DNA of 49,773 nucleotides from an uncultured Syntrophomonadaceae bacterium. Lineage in GTDB: Bacteria; Bacillota; Dethiobacteria; DTU022. Made by a program: the position numbers and the translations under genes. The stretch lies in assembly GCA_964592135.1 (NCBI GenBank), contig CAZQEV010000001.1, positions 1 through 49,773 of the forward strand. The letters are read 5' to 3'. The notes under the pieces are model-generated. The model ran no database searches. It saw only the letters and a program-made list of their open reading frames with translations, and was not told the DNA's origin. Shown here in pieces: positions 19,683-28,945 of this stretch (within the stretch, counting starts at the first letter, position 1; each line of letters starts with the position of its first letter).

Positions 19683-20603
19683 TCAGTGCCCGTAGATCTC
19701 GATACCCCCCTCGTCCCAGAGGGCGTGGCAGAACTGCTCATAACAAAGGCATTTTTTCAGTTGAAGCGCTTCTTCCTTGACATCATCAAAATCAGGCTGC
19801 TCTGCCGGCCTGACCCTTTGAATCCAGTACAGGTAATACTTTTCCGCGGTGAGAGTAATTAAGCTTTTCCCCGCTTCAGAAGCGGGGAAAAGCTGTTCGC
19901 GCACCTCCTTGGCCAAAAAGGGATCATCCCCGGTAAACCACCCCAGATTGGACCACCCGGCAGTTCCGGCAGCGGCGATTTCTTCCACGGCAGCCCCCCG
20001 CTCCAGTCGGGCAAGACAATCCCCTGCCTCCTGTTCATTGTTAAAACGAAAGCGGTGCACCTCGGCGGCGGCCGGCTGCATGAACATCCCCGGGTTATCT
20101 TCGATAAAAAAGAGCAGATCAGCCTCCTTTACTGTTGAGCCAACATACTCAAAAAGCGCTCCCTCCTGCAACTGATAACGGGCAAAAAACGTCAGGTCCC
20201 CCGGACCCAGGCGGAGCACCTTGCACTGCCTGTGAAATTCTGCATAGGAACCATCGTAACCTGTTTCCACAAGAGTCTGCAACATTTCCCCGGTTTTTAT
20301 TTCCACCGCTGCCTGGTCAACAACAACACCGGCCGCAGCCGCCGCCTGATCCACCAGTTCAAAACCGATCAGAAGATGAAGAAATTCCTGTTCATTGCGT
20401 TTTAATCGGCTCTTTTTATGCAGAGAACCTGCCCCGGGATTGCATAGTTCCATCAGGTTGATAAAACGCCTTAATTCACTCTGTGAGATGATCACATCGT
20501 TTACCCTGGCTGCCGGAACATCCCCGGTCCGGCGGCAGCCGGCACAACAGATCAACAGGAGAAGCCCGGCAGCCAGCAACAAACAACTGGTCCTTCCAGG
20601 CAT
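19683..20603 (-). CDS. PrsA/SurA-like lipoprotein with a divergent parvulin-like domain
   Basis: A lipobox (LLLLICCAGC) and a SurA-N-like region (VNDVIISQSELRRFINL) are present. The C-terminal segment HRFRF...WSNLGWFTGDD...KYYLYWIQRV follows the parvulin pattern, but the conserved second His context is replaced. Confidence 0.55.
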   Translation of the reverse strand: MPGRTSCLLLAAGLLLLICCAGCRRTGDVPAARVNDVIISQSELRRFINLMELCNPGAGSLHKKSRLKRNEQEFLHLLIGFELVDQAAAAAGVVVDQAAVEIKTGEMLQTLVETGYDGSYAEFHRQCKVLRLGPGDLTFFARYQLQEGALFEYVGSTVKEADLLFFIEDNPGMFMQPAAAEVHRFRFNNEQEAGDCLARLERGAAVEEIAAAGTAGWSNLGWFTGDDPFLAKEVREQLFPASEAGKSLITLTAEKYYLYWIQRVRPAEQPDFDDVKEEALQLKKCLCYEQFCHALWDEGGIEIYGH

Positions 20604-23600
20604 TAATTATCGCCTCCTTTATTCAAGTTCGGGTCGGTTCCGGCGCCTTCACCGCTGAACTCACTCAAAAAACTGAGCAGATCGGAAATCGTCGTTTCCC
20701 GGGACCCGCCCTTAAATTTAATCCCTGGTGAAGGACCGGCAGTTAAGGAAACCCTGCCTCGAAATTTCCCGGCAAGGGTACGAACCAGGGAAGAATCAAA
20801 CTTCTGTCCCCGGTGAAATCTCATCTCCACACCGCCGTCATGCTGCTGAAGGGAAGCAATCCCCAGGCGCCGGGCCAGAAGACGCAAAGTGGCTGCGTCA
20901 AGAAGATTCTTGACCGGGGGAGGCGGCGCTCCATAGCGGTCGCACAACTCCTCCTCCACCTCTCCCAGCTCCTCACTTGAACTTGAAGTATAGATCCGCT
21001 GGTAAAAATCGATCTTTTGATCCTGGTTGGTGATGTAGGATGAAGGCAGGTAAGCGTTCACCTTCAAGTCCAGGCGCGGCTGCGGCTCTTCTTTTTTAAG
21101 CGGAATATCCTTGATTTTAGCCACGGCTTCCTCCAGCAGGCGGCAGTAAAGGTCAAAACCGATCTCGACCATAAAACCGTGCTGCTCGGCGCCAAGGATA
21201 TTGCCGGCGCCGCGGATCTCCAGATCGCGCAGCGCCACTTTGAATCCTGAACCGAGCTCGGTGAATTCCTTAATCGCCTGCAGCCTTTTTTTTGCATCTT
21301 CCGTGATCATTTTCTCACGGCGATAGGTAAGATAGGCATAAGCAAGGCGGTGTGAGCGCCCCACCCGTCCGCGCAGCTGATAAAGCTGGGCCAGGCCGAA
21401 CTGGTCGGCATCATAGACCAGCATGGTGTTCACGTTGGAGATATCCAGGCCGGCTTCGATAATGGTCGTGCTGACCAGGATCCGGTATTTTCCTTCGATG
21501 AAGTCGCTCATAACCTCCTCCAGGGAGCTCTCCTGCATCCGGCCGTGCCCCACTGCCACCGCTGTGCCTGGAAACATACCCTGAATCTTTTGGGCCATGG
21601 CATTGATCCCGGCGATGCGGTTGAATACATAATAAACCTGACCGCCCCGGTTCAATTCCCGCTGGATCGCCTCTTTGACCAGGTGCTCGGAATATTCTGC
21701 AACAAAGGTCTGCACGGGATAGCGGTTCTCCGGGGGGGTTTCGATGACGCTCAGGTCCCTGACTCCAACAAGTGAAAGGTGCATTGTCCGGGGGATAGGC
21801 GTGGCGGTCATGGCCAGAATATCCACGGATAGCCGCAGCTGCTTCAGTTTTTCCTTATGGCGTACCCCGAAACGCTGCTCTTCGTCGATAATCAGCAACC
21901 CCAGTTCGTGGAATTTGATATCATCTGAAAGCAGCCGGTGCGTGCCAATAATGATATCTATATTCCCGCGGGCCAGATCCTCCAGGATCCCCTTCTGTGC
22001 CGCCGGTGTAACAAAACGGCTGAGCTGGGCCACCCGGAAAGGGAATTCGGCGTAGCGCTCCGAAAATGTTCGGAAGTGCTGTTGCGCCAAAACCGTGGTC
22101 GGTACAAGCAGCGCTACCTGTTTCCCCTCCATGACCACCTTGAAAGCGGCCCGGAGAGCCACCTCTGTCTTGCCGTAGCCCACATCGCCGCAGATGAGGC
22201 GGTCCATGGGATGCTCCTTCTCCAGGTCCGCCTTCACCTCGGCGATGGCCTGCAGCTGATCGGGGGTCTCCTCATAAGGAAAGCGGGATTCGAATTCGAG
22301 CTGCCAGGGATGATCGGGACCAAAACTGTAACCGGGCACCATCTCGCGGGAGGCATAAAGTGCAAGCAGCTCCCGGGCTATCTCTTGCACGGATTCCCTG
22401 ACCCGGCTTTTCACCCGCTGCCATTCACCGCTGCCCAGGCTGTGCAGACGTGGCGCTTTACCCTCCGCCCCGACATATTTCCGGATCACTTCGATCTGCT
22501 CTATGGGTATATAGAGCCTGTCGGTCCCCCTGTAGTGAACCAGCAGATAATCGCGCTGGATGCCATCGATCTCGAGGGCGCTTAATCCCATATATTTACC
22601 CACTCCGTGCTGTTCATGAACAACGTAATCCCCCGGGGCAAGGTCCCGGTAATCGCGCAGCCTGATCCCCTCCTGCTGCGCCAACCGTTTTTTCTTGCGG
22701 CGGCGGGGCAGCAGATTGTGCTCCGTAACCACAGCCAGCGAAAGTGAAGGCATGAGAAAACCTTCCTCCAGACCTGCCGCCGCCACACGGGCCTCCCCGG
22801 GAAGCCAGGGGGAGTCCGAATCGACGCTCACAGCAAACCCCTGCTCCATTAAGATTTGCTGCAGGCCTGTGGTTCTTTCCGGGGCCGCAGCCGTGAAAAG
22901 AATCCGGTAACCCGCCGCCGCCCATTCCAAATAATCCGCATGTAGCACTTGCCACTGGCCGTGATAGTGAGCCATGCCTTTCCCGTCAACATGAATCTCT
23001 GCGGCTGTCTTGAGAAAGCCGGTTGAAGAAGAAAAAAGAGGCAGGGAGATGATCGGTCCGGGATAGCGAGAAAAGAGTTCCCGGATTTCCCAAAAAGAGT
23101 CCAGCTGCCCAGGCAGCTGTTCGCCTCCGGCAAGAACGCTACCGTGATGCTGCATCAAATCCCGGTGCAAAGCGGCCGCCTGCTCCTGGACGGCAACCGG
23201 TTCATCAACGAAGATGACAGACCCGGGAAGAAGATAGTCCATGAATGAAGCGCCATCGCCATAAAAATATTTGAAGTAACTGTAAAGAATGTCCAGTCCA
23301 CCGGGGTCAGCCAGACGCTCCAGGTGCCGCCCTGTATTTGTCTTCAACTTTGCCGCCTTATCCGATTCGCCTTGCCGGTGCAACGCCGAAAGAGCGCGCT
23401 CCATTTCACCTTGAACCAGCCGTTTACCCTCAAGATAATATGGGCGCGGCAAAACCAGTTCCAAAGCCGGCAGCACGGTTGTTTGTCGGAGGTGCTCTGT
23501 TGAGCGCTGCGTCCCCGGATCAAAGAAGCGAAGAGATTCCACCACCCGATCAAAGAGCTCCACACGCAAGGGCAATTCCCAGCCTGGAGGGTAAATGTCG

Positions 23601-24154
23601 ATGATCTCGCCGCGTGCGCTGCACTGCCCCCTGATTTCAATAAGAGGAACTCTTTCGTATCCGTTTTCAATCAACCTTTCCAGAAGCAGCTCTCGCTCAA
23701 TCTCTGCGCCCACCTGCAGCGTAATCAGCCGGCTGCTCCAAACTTCCGGGGGAAGGACTTTTGAGATCAGAGCGGTGAAAGGAGCCACATAAACCCCTTT
23801 CTCCCGGCGGTAAAGCCATTCCATGAAGGCAAGGCGCTGCCGGCGCTGATCCATGCTTCGGGTAAGAAGATCGGGGGTCATAAAAAGATCCCGGGCCGGA
23901 AGAAGGTTCACCAGGCCGGGAGGCAAAAAAGCAGCGAGATCCTCATATACTCTCTCTGCGCGGGCCATATCGGGAGTAACGATTATTGCTGGACTGCAGC
24001 CATTCACAATGAGACCGGCAAGCATAAAAGACCTGGCGCTTCCATCCAGGCCGCTGACCGCCGTGCGGCAACCCGCACCCTCCGAGAGCATCTTCAGCAG
24101 CCCGTCAAAAGAGCGATCACGGGGCCATTCTTTTAAAAGGTCGTGAAAAGGCAT
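20603..24154 (-). CDS. mfd: transcription-repair coupling factor
   Basis: 1183-aa protein with a UvrB-homology N-terminus, an RNAP-interaction (CarD-like) domain (GDYVVHEQHGVGKY), helicase motifs GDVGYGKTEVA and DEEQRFG, and a TRG motif region. Confidence 0.95.
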   Translation of the reverse strand: MPFHDLLKEWPRDRSFDGLLKMLSEGAGCRTAVSGLDGSARSFMLAGLIVNGCSPAIIVTPDMARAERVYEDLAAFLPPGLVNLLPARDLFMTPDLLTRSMDQRRQRLAFMEWLYRREKGVYVAPFTALISKVLPPEVWSSRLITLQVGAEIERELLLERLIENGYERVPLIEIRGQCSARGEIIDIYPPGWELPLRVELFDRVVESLRFFDPGTQRSTEHLRQTTVLPALELVLPRPYYLEGKRLVQGEMERALSALHRQGESDKAAKLKTNTGRHLERLADPGGLDILYSYFKYFYGDGASFMDYLLPGSVIFVDEPVAVQEQAAALHRDLMQHHGSVLAGGEQLPGQLDSFWEIRELFSRYPGPIISLPLFSSSTGFLKTAAEIHVDGKGMAHYHGQWQVLHADYLEWAAAGYRILFTAAAPERTTGLQQILMEQGFAVSVDSDSPWLPGEARVAAAGLEEGFLMPSLSLAVVTEHNLLPRRRKKKRLAQQEGIRLRDYRDLAPGDYVVHEQHGVGKYMGLSALEIDGIQRDYLLVHYRGTDRLYIPIEQIEVIRKYVGAEGKAPRLHSLGSGEWQRVKSRVRESVQEIARELLALYASREMVPGYSFGPDHPWQLEFESRFPYEETPDQLQAIAEVKADLEKEHPMDRLICGDVGYGKTEVALRAAFKVVMEGKQVALLVPTTVLAQQHFRTFSERYAEFPFRVAQLSRFVTPAAQKGILEDLARGNIDIIIGTHRLLSDDIKFHELGLLIIDEEQRFGVRHKEKLKQLRLSVDILAMTATPIPRTMHLSLVGVRDLSVIETPPENRYPVQTFVAEYSEHLVKEAIQRELNRGGQVYYVFNRIAGINAMAQKIQGMFPGTAVAVGHGRMQESSLEEVMSDFIEGKYRILVSTTIIEAGLDISNVNTMLVYDADQFGLAQLYQLRGRVGRSHRLAYAYLTYRREKMITEDAKKRLQAIKEFTELGSGFKVALRDLEIRGAGNILGAEQHGFMVEIGFDLYCRLLEEAVAKIKDIPLKKEEPQPRLDLKVNAYLPSSYITNQDQKIDFYQRIYTSSSSEELGEVEEELCDRYGAPPPPVKNLLDAATLRLLARRLGIASLQQHDGGVEMRFHRGQKFDSSLVRTLAGKFRGRVSLTAGPSPGIKFKGGSRETTISDLLSFLSEFSGEGAGTDPNLNKGGDN

Positions 24155-24220
24155 TGTCTGTCCCCTATTTTTGCGCTGAATGAATTTTGTGAATTATATC
24201 CTGCCTAACCGGCAGCAGGT

Positions 24221-24454
24221 CTACCGGAGGCCTTTCCCAAGGCAGATCCGCTCAATTTCGTGAATAGAAGCAGCCTCAACACAATGATTGCACAGGGAGT
24301 AAATGAAAAGAGGACCGGTCGGAGCGGTCTTGATGACATCATGAGCCAATTCTGCACCCGACAGCTCCACACCCATCTGCTGCAGCTCATCTTCGGTCAG
24401 ACCAAGCGATCCGATGATCGCCCCGCAGCGATCACAGATATAAGTGACCTTCAT
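24221..24454 (-). CDS. fin: anti-sigma-F factor Fin (YabK family)
   Basis: 77-aa protein with CxxC...CxxC (YICDRCG ... SLCNHCVEA). It sits in the conserved slot between pth and mfd, and its length and pattern resemble B. subtilis Fin. Confidence 0.75.
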   Translation of the reverse strand: MKVTYICDRCGAIIGSLGLTEDELQQMGVELSGAELAHDVIKTAPTGPLFIYSLCNHCVEAASIHEIERICLGKGLR

Positions 24455-24700
24455 TCACTCTCCCACCATCATATTCGAGCAAGATCCATATTTATGCTTC
24501 CCCGTCCCGGCAGATTCTATCCGGGGACAGGTCAGACGGTGTTGAGATTCCTTCGCTGACCATCATGGGACAACAGGGACGGTCCTGTTTGTCCCACTTT
24601 GCCGGCCCCATGCTTAACCGCTGCGTCCAAACTTCGCCCTCCGGTCTTAATGACTCAATGTGACAGCTCCCGGCAGTGAGTCAAATTCTCCGTCCCTCCG

Positions 24701-24737
24701 ACTCAAAATAAAATTCCGCCTGCGAAAGACGGAATTT
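24701..24737 (-). terminator. rho-independent terminator of pth
   Basis: On the minus strand, aaauuccguc-uuucgca-ggcggaauuu forms a 10-bp stem with one G.U pair, followed by uauuuug. It lies 33 nt past the pth stop. Confidence 0.75.
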
Positions 24738-24769
24738 AACCCGGCGGGCCTCTTACCAGGCGTCAGCAT

Positions 24770-25366
24770 CTATTGCGCCTGGTTGAACCTGCTCATCGCC
24801 TCTTCCAGTCCTGCATCAATGAGCGCTGTAAGGGCTTCTCCAGCCCGCTCCACAGCACGGTCAAGTAGCTCCTGCTCCTCCGGCGGCGGAATTTCCAAGA
24901 CATAATCTGCCGCCTCCCCGCAAAGCGGCCTGCCAATACCCAGGCGCAGACGTAAAAAATCATCTGTCCCCGCGGCGTCTATAACCGATTGGACACCCCT
25001 GTGACCGGCGCTGCTGCCGCCGCGGCGTAACCGGATCCGGCCCGGAGACAGGTCCAGGTCGTCATAAATCAAAACCATCTGCCCAGGCTCAAGACGATAA
25101 CGCTGCTGCAGTTCAGCGGCGGCCCGGCCGCTCAGGTTCATATATGTGAGCGGCTGAACCAGAAGTAGCCGCTTTGAACGGTAAACCGCAGCGGCACATA
25201 GCGATTGGCGCAAATGGAATGTCTTCTCTGCGTTAACCCGCCGGGAAAAAGCCTCCACCACCCGGTAGCCCAGGTTATGTCTTGTCCCGCGGTAGCGCTC
25301 CCCGGGGTTGCCCAGACCGATAATGACAAAGAAAAACTTTTCTTTAAACCGTTTCCGGTGAAAAAT
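24770..25366 (-). CDS. pth: peptidyl-tRNA hydrolase (start codon unresolved)
   Basis: The conserved N-terminus FFFVIIGLGNPGERYRGTRHNLGY, which contains the catalytic His, lies upstream of the first canonical start (GTG 25261). The frame is open back to the ctc stop codon with no ATG, GTG or TTG. The upper boundary given here is the first codon after that stop (ATT). Confidence 0.8.
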   Translation of the reverse strand: MFHRKRFKEKFFFVIIGLGNPGERYRGTRHNLGYRVVEAFSRRVNAEKTFHLRQSLCAAAVYRSKRLLLVQPLTYMNLSGRAAAELQQRYRLEPGQMVLIYDDLDLSPGRIRLRRGGSSAGHRGVQSVIDAAGTDDFLRLRLGIGRPLCGEAADYVLEIPPPEEQELLDRAVERAGEALTALIDAGLEEAMSRFNQAQ

Positions 25367-26038
25367 TTATTCCCCTGCCTCCTCCCCCTCCGGCTGATCC
25401 GCCCTCTCTCCTTCTTCCGCTGCAACTTCTCTTTCTTCTGTTTCTTCTTCCTCTTCAGGCAGCTCTTCCTCTTCTTCCGCCGCCGGGGCAAGCACCTGCA
25501 CCAGAGTTTCATCAGGATCGACCAGCAGCGTTACCCCCTCTGGAAGCGTAAGAGCGGCAGCGCTGACCCCTTCCCCGATATGCAGAGCTGAAATATCCAC
25601 TTCAATCAGCTCGGGAATGTTCCCCGGAAGGCACTTAACACTTACCTCACGCAAGAGATACTGAAGAATACCGCCTTCTTCAATACCGGCAGCTTCCCCG
25701 GTAAAGCTCAATGGAACATCCACTTCGATCTCATCTTCCATGGAAATGCGAATAAAATCAACATGCAATAGCCGGTCCTGTTGCAAGAGATGTCTCTGGA
25801 TCTCTTTGAGCATCACTGTCTCGGATCCGGAGCCGTCATCGATCTGTAAATCAATGAGAACGTTGGCCCCACCTGCAGCCAGCACCTGTCTCAAGAGACG
25901 GCTGTTCACCAGCAGCGATTGCGTATCCTTGCCCCGGCCGTAGATTACCGCCGGAACTTTCCCCTCCCGGCGCAGCTGGTTTAGCTCACCCCTGGTCAGA
26001 GCTGCGCGTGTTTCTGCTTCAAGCACCATTCGATCCAT
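25367..26038 (-). CDS. ctc: 50S ribosomal protein L25 / general stress protein Ctc, with an acidic C-terminal tail
   Basis: The L25/Ctc N-domain (RGELNQLRREGKVPAVIYGRG) and a beta-barrel C-domain are present. The tail reads EEEEELPEEEEETEERE...GEEAGE. Confidence 0.9.
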   Translation of the reverse strand: MDRMVLEAETRAALTRGELNQLRREGKVPAVIYGRGKDTQSLLVNSRLLRQVLAAGGANVLIDLQIDDGSGSETVMLKEIQRHLLQQDRLLHVDFIRISMEDEIEVDVPLSFTGEAAGIEEGGILQYLLREVSVKCLPGNIPELIEVDISALHIGEGVSAAALTLPEGVTLLVDPDETLVQVLAPAAEEEEELPEEEEETEEREVAAEEGERADQPEGEEAGE

Positions 26039-26089
26039 GCTATAACCTCCTCGACGTCAAGTATACCCATGGTGGAAGATGGTATCAAG

Positions 26090-27034
26090 TCAATCAAAAA
26101 GTTCACTTACCGAGCGCTCCTGGTTAACCCGGATGATCGCTTCACCAATCAGCGGCGCCACGGAAAGCACATGAAATTTTGTCCGCGGCAACGCCGCCTC
26201 GACAGGGATGGTATTTGTATAGATGATCTCTTCGATGGAAGCGCCTTTGAGACGCTCTACGGCGGGTCCGGAAAAAACCGGGTGAGTGCAGCAGGCATAG
26301 ACCTGCAGTGCCCCCTCATTTTTCAATGCATCCCCGGCCAGCACTATAGTTCCCGCGGTATCGATGATATCGTCAATCAAAATAGCCACCTTGTTTTTTA
26401 CTTTGCCGATTATATTCATGATTTCAACCTTGTTGGGAGCAGGTCTTTTCTTGTCAATCACAGCAATGGGCAGACCCAGTCTGTTGGCCAGCTCGCGGGC
26501 CCGGGTCAACCCGCCGAGGTCGGGCGAAACAACGACTCCTTCAGAGATATTCTTCTGCTTGAGATAGTTGGCAATGATGGGCATGGCAGTAAGGTGATCA
26601 AAAGGGATATTGAAGAAACCCTGGATCTGGCCGGCATGCAGATCCATCGCCACCACCCGACCCGCTCCGGCAGCAGTAATCAGATCTGCCAGCATCTTGG
26701 CCGTGATGGGATCCCGTGCCCGGGTTTTGCGGTCCTGCCGGGCATAGCCGTAATAGGGAATAACCGCGTTTACCGAGCGTGCGGAGGCCCTTTTAAGGGC
26801 GTCGATGAGGATCAGAAGCTCCATGATATGTTCATTGATAGGATTGCTCATGGGCTGAATCAAAAATACATTTGTTCCGCGGACGCTTTCCCGGATGCCG
26901 ATCCGGATCTCGCCATCACTGAAACGGCCTACCTCCGCCTCTCCCAGAGGGATCCCGATGCAATTGGCTATCTCCTCCGCCAGACTGCGGTTGGCGCTGC
27001 CGCAAAAAAGCTTGATCCTTTTATTGCCCACCAC
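26090..27034 (-). CDS. prs: ribose-phosphate pyrophosphokinase
   Basis: Motifs IKLFCGSAN, YYGYARQDRK and the PRPP loop AILIDDIIDTAGT are present. It uses a GTG start with an upstream AAGGTGGAGG. Confidence 0.95.
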   Translation of the reverse strand: MVGNKRIKLFCGSANRSLAEEIANCIGIPLGEAEVGRFSDGEIRIGIRESVRGTNVFLIQPMSNPINEHIMELLILIDALKRASARSVNAVIPYYGYARQDRKTRARDPITAKMLADLITAAGAGRVVAMDLHAGQIQGFFNIPFDHLTAMPIIANYLKQKNISEGVVVSPDLGGLTRARELANRLGLPIAVIDKKRPAPNKVEIMNIIGKVKNKVAILIDDIIDTAGTIVLAGDALKNEGALQVYACCTHPVFSGPAVERLKGASIEEIIYTNTIPVEAALPRTKFHVLSVAPLIGEAIIRVNQERSVSELFD

Positions 27035-27064
27035 ATTATCCCTCCACCTTTATTACTGCGCTGT

Positions 27065-28468
27065 CTAACCTTTCTCTTCGACTCCACTCTTTTCCTGCTG
27101 CTGCGGAACTTTCGCCAGCAGACGTTCCGCCTCCCCGGGAATATTTTTTTGGTCTGTCCTTGTTATAGCCAGTGCCCCGGGGGGGACATTCCTGGTCAGG
27201 GTCGAACCGGCGGCAACGAAGGAGCCTGCGCCTATTTCCAGCGGAGAGACAAGGTTGCTGTTGCAACCTATAAAGGCCCCTTGTCCAATAGAGGAGCGGT
27301 GTTTCTTGCGCCCGTCATAGTTAACCACCAGCACTCCCGCCCCCAGGTTTGCGCCGCTTCCAATGTCCACATCGCCGACATAGCTCAGATGAGGCACCTT
27401 GGCTTCAGAGCCGATATGAGCATTTTTAACCTCAACAAAATCACCGATTTTCACCTTTGAACCGATACTGCAACCGGGACGGATGTAAGCAAAAGGACCT
27501 ACCTGGGCTGCGCTTTTAATGACGCTGTTCTCAATCACCGATTGCCTGAAGATCACCTCGTCACCGATCTCCGCATCGATGATCTGCGCAGCGGGACCGA
27601 TACGACAGCCCGAGCCGATGACCGTGCGACCCTCAATAAAAGTTTGCGGCATGATCACCGTGTCCGGCCCGATCACAACATCATAGTCGATATAAGTGGA
27701 GGAGGGGTCGATCATGGTTACACCCTGCAGCATGAGAGAGTCGTTGATCCGCTCCCGCATGATTGCCGCCGCCCCGGCAAGCTGACGGCGGTTGTTGATT
27801 CCCAGGGCTAGCTGCCATTCTTCAAAATTACAGATTCCGGTACGCAAGCCCTGCTCTCTCATCAGGCTGAATATATCGGGAAGGTAGTATTCCTGCTGCA
27901 CATTAGCCGGGGAAAGCCGGGGTAAAAAAAGCCGCAACAACTCTATATCGAAGCAGTAGGTGCCGCTGTTTATCTCACCAATTTCTTTTTCGCCGGCCGA
28001 AGCATCGCACTCTTCAACAATCCCAAGCAAGCCGCCGCTGCAATCGCGGACGATCCTGCCATATCCGGAGGGATCGGCAAGTTCCGTAGTCATGACTGTG
28101 GCTGCATTTCCCCTGTGCTCGCCAATCAACTTTTCAAGATGGTGACCCTCAAGAAGCGGGGTGTCACCACAAAGAACCAGCAGGGTCCCCGCCTCCGGCA
28201 GCAGAGGCAAGGCCTGCATTAGTGCGTGCCCGGTACCCAGCTGTTTCTCCTGAAGGGCATATTCCCACCGGGGCCCCATCGCTTCGCGGACTGTCTCGGA
28301 GCCTTTCCCGGTTACAATGATCACCTGTTCACCCGCCACCGCGGCAGCACTGCCGGCAATATAGCTCAGCATAGGTCGGCCGCAAAGCGGATGCAACACT
28401 TTCGGCAACCTGGAGAACATTCTCTTCCCCTCTCCCGCCGCCAGGACTACCGCCCAGATTTGTCCCAT
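27065..28468 (-). CDS. glmU: bifunctional UDP-N-acetylglucosamine pyrophosphorylase / GlcN-1-P acetyltransferase
   Basis: N-terminus VVLAAGEGKRM is present, followed by left-handed beta-helix hexapeptide repeats in the C-terminal half. Confidence 0.95.
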   Translation of the reverse strand: MGQIWAVVLAAGEGKRMFSRLPKVLHPLCGRPMLSYIAGSAAAVAGEQVIIVTGKGSETVREAMGPRWEYALQEKQLGTGHALMQALPLLPEAGTLLVLCGDTPLLEGHHLEKLIGEHRGNAATVMTTELADPSGYGRIVRDCSGGLLGIVEECDASAGEKEIGEINSGTYCFDIELLRLFLPRLSPANVQQEYYLPDIFSLMREQGLRTGICNFEEWQLALGINNRRQLAGAAAIMRERINDSLMLQGVTMIDPSSTYIDYDVVIGPDTVIMPQTFIEGRTVIGSGCRIGPAAQIIDAEIGDEVIFRQSVIENSVIKSAAQVGPFAYIRPGCSIGSKVKIGDFVEVKNAHIGSEAKVPHLSYVGDVDIGSGANLGAGVLVVNYDGRKKHRSSIGQGAFIGCNSNLVSPLEIGAGSFVAAGSTLTRNVPPGALAITRTDQKNIPGEAERLLAKVPQQQEKSGVEEKG

Positions 28469-28545
28469 AGGAGCTCCTCCTCAAGTGTAAGTTACACCTT
28501 GATTATACTACAGGCGGCGGAAGAGGGACAAAAAACTTCTCCCAA

Positions 28546-28821
28546 TTACCCCGTAACAGCTTCCAACTCCAGCTCTTTAAAATAGACATCTAGGATCGCC
28601 TGCTGGATCTCATGCCTGGCATCGGTGTTGATGGGATGAGCAATGTCTTTGAACTCGCCGTTAGGAGTGCGCTTGCTGGGCATGGCTACAAAATAGCCGT
28701 TGTTCCCTTCGATCACCCTCACATCGTGAACTACAAACTGATCATTTAAAGTAACCGATACGATCGCCCTCATTTTCCCTTCCTCGTTAAACCTCCGGAT
28801 CCGGACATCTGTCACCTTCAT
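28546..28821 (-). CDS. spoVG: septation protein SpoVG
   Basis: [65 protein letters not shown] matches the family. Confidence 0.95.
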   Translation of the reverse strand: MKVTDVRIRRFNEEGKMRAIVSVTLNDQFVVHDVRVIEGNNGYFVAMPSKRTPNGEFKDIAHPINTDARHEIQQAILDVYFKELELEAVTG

Positions 28822-28887
28822 GTAGGACCACCTTCCCGGTTTTTAAAAAATGACAAAAGGATAACCTTCTTCCTAATAATGAAACTT

Positions 28888-28915
28888 ATTCAACAATCGT
28901 TCAATAAAATCCTGC
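28888..28915 (-). promoter_or_regulatory. sigma-H-type promoter upstream of spoVG
   Basis: On the minus strand, GCAGGATTT (28907-28915), a 12-nt spacer, then GTTGAAT (28888-28894). This fits the sigma-H consensus as I recall it (RnAGGAwWW-N11-12-RnnGAAT). spoVG is a classic sigma-H gene in B. subtilis. Confidence 0.45.
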
Positions 28916-28945
28916 CTGATAAAAGAATAAATTCCTATTTTAATT

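Noticed and set aside
24469-24497. A forespore-type promoter look-alike GCATA-N17-AATATGA lies upstream of fin.
   Set aside because: The -10-like element ends only 14 nt from the ATG. A start from it would remove the SD (GGGAG), so it is implausible as the functional promoter.
25380-25500. A strand-asymmetric repetitive tract (pyrimidine-rich ctc/ctt/ttc on the plus strand, GAR-rich on the coding minus strand) looks like a simple repeat.
   Set aside because: It is in frame and encodes the acidic Glu-rich C-terminal tail of Ctc/L25. It is not a CRISPR array or a satellite repeat.
26069-27460. A 463-aa plus-strand ORF spans the prs-glmU junction.
   Set aside because: It lies entirely antisense to two well-supported conserved genes. 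It has low-complexity, family-less sequence and no SD. This is a typical shadow ORF in codon-biased GC-rich coding DNA.
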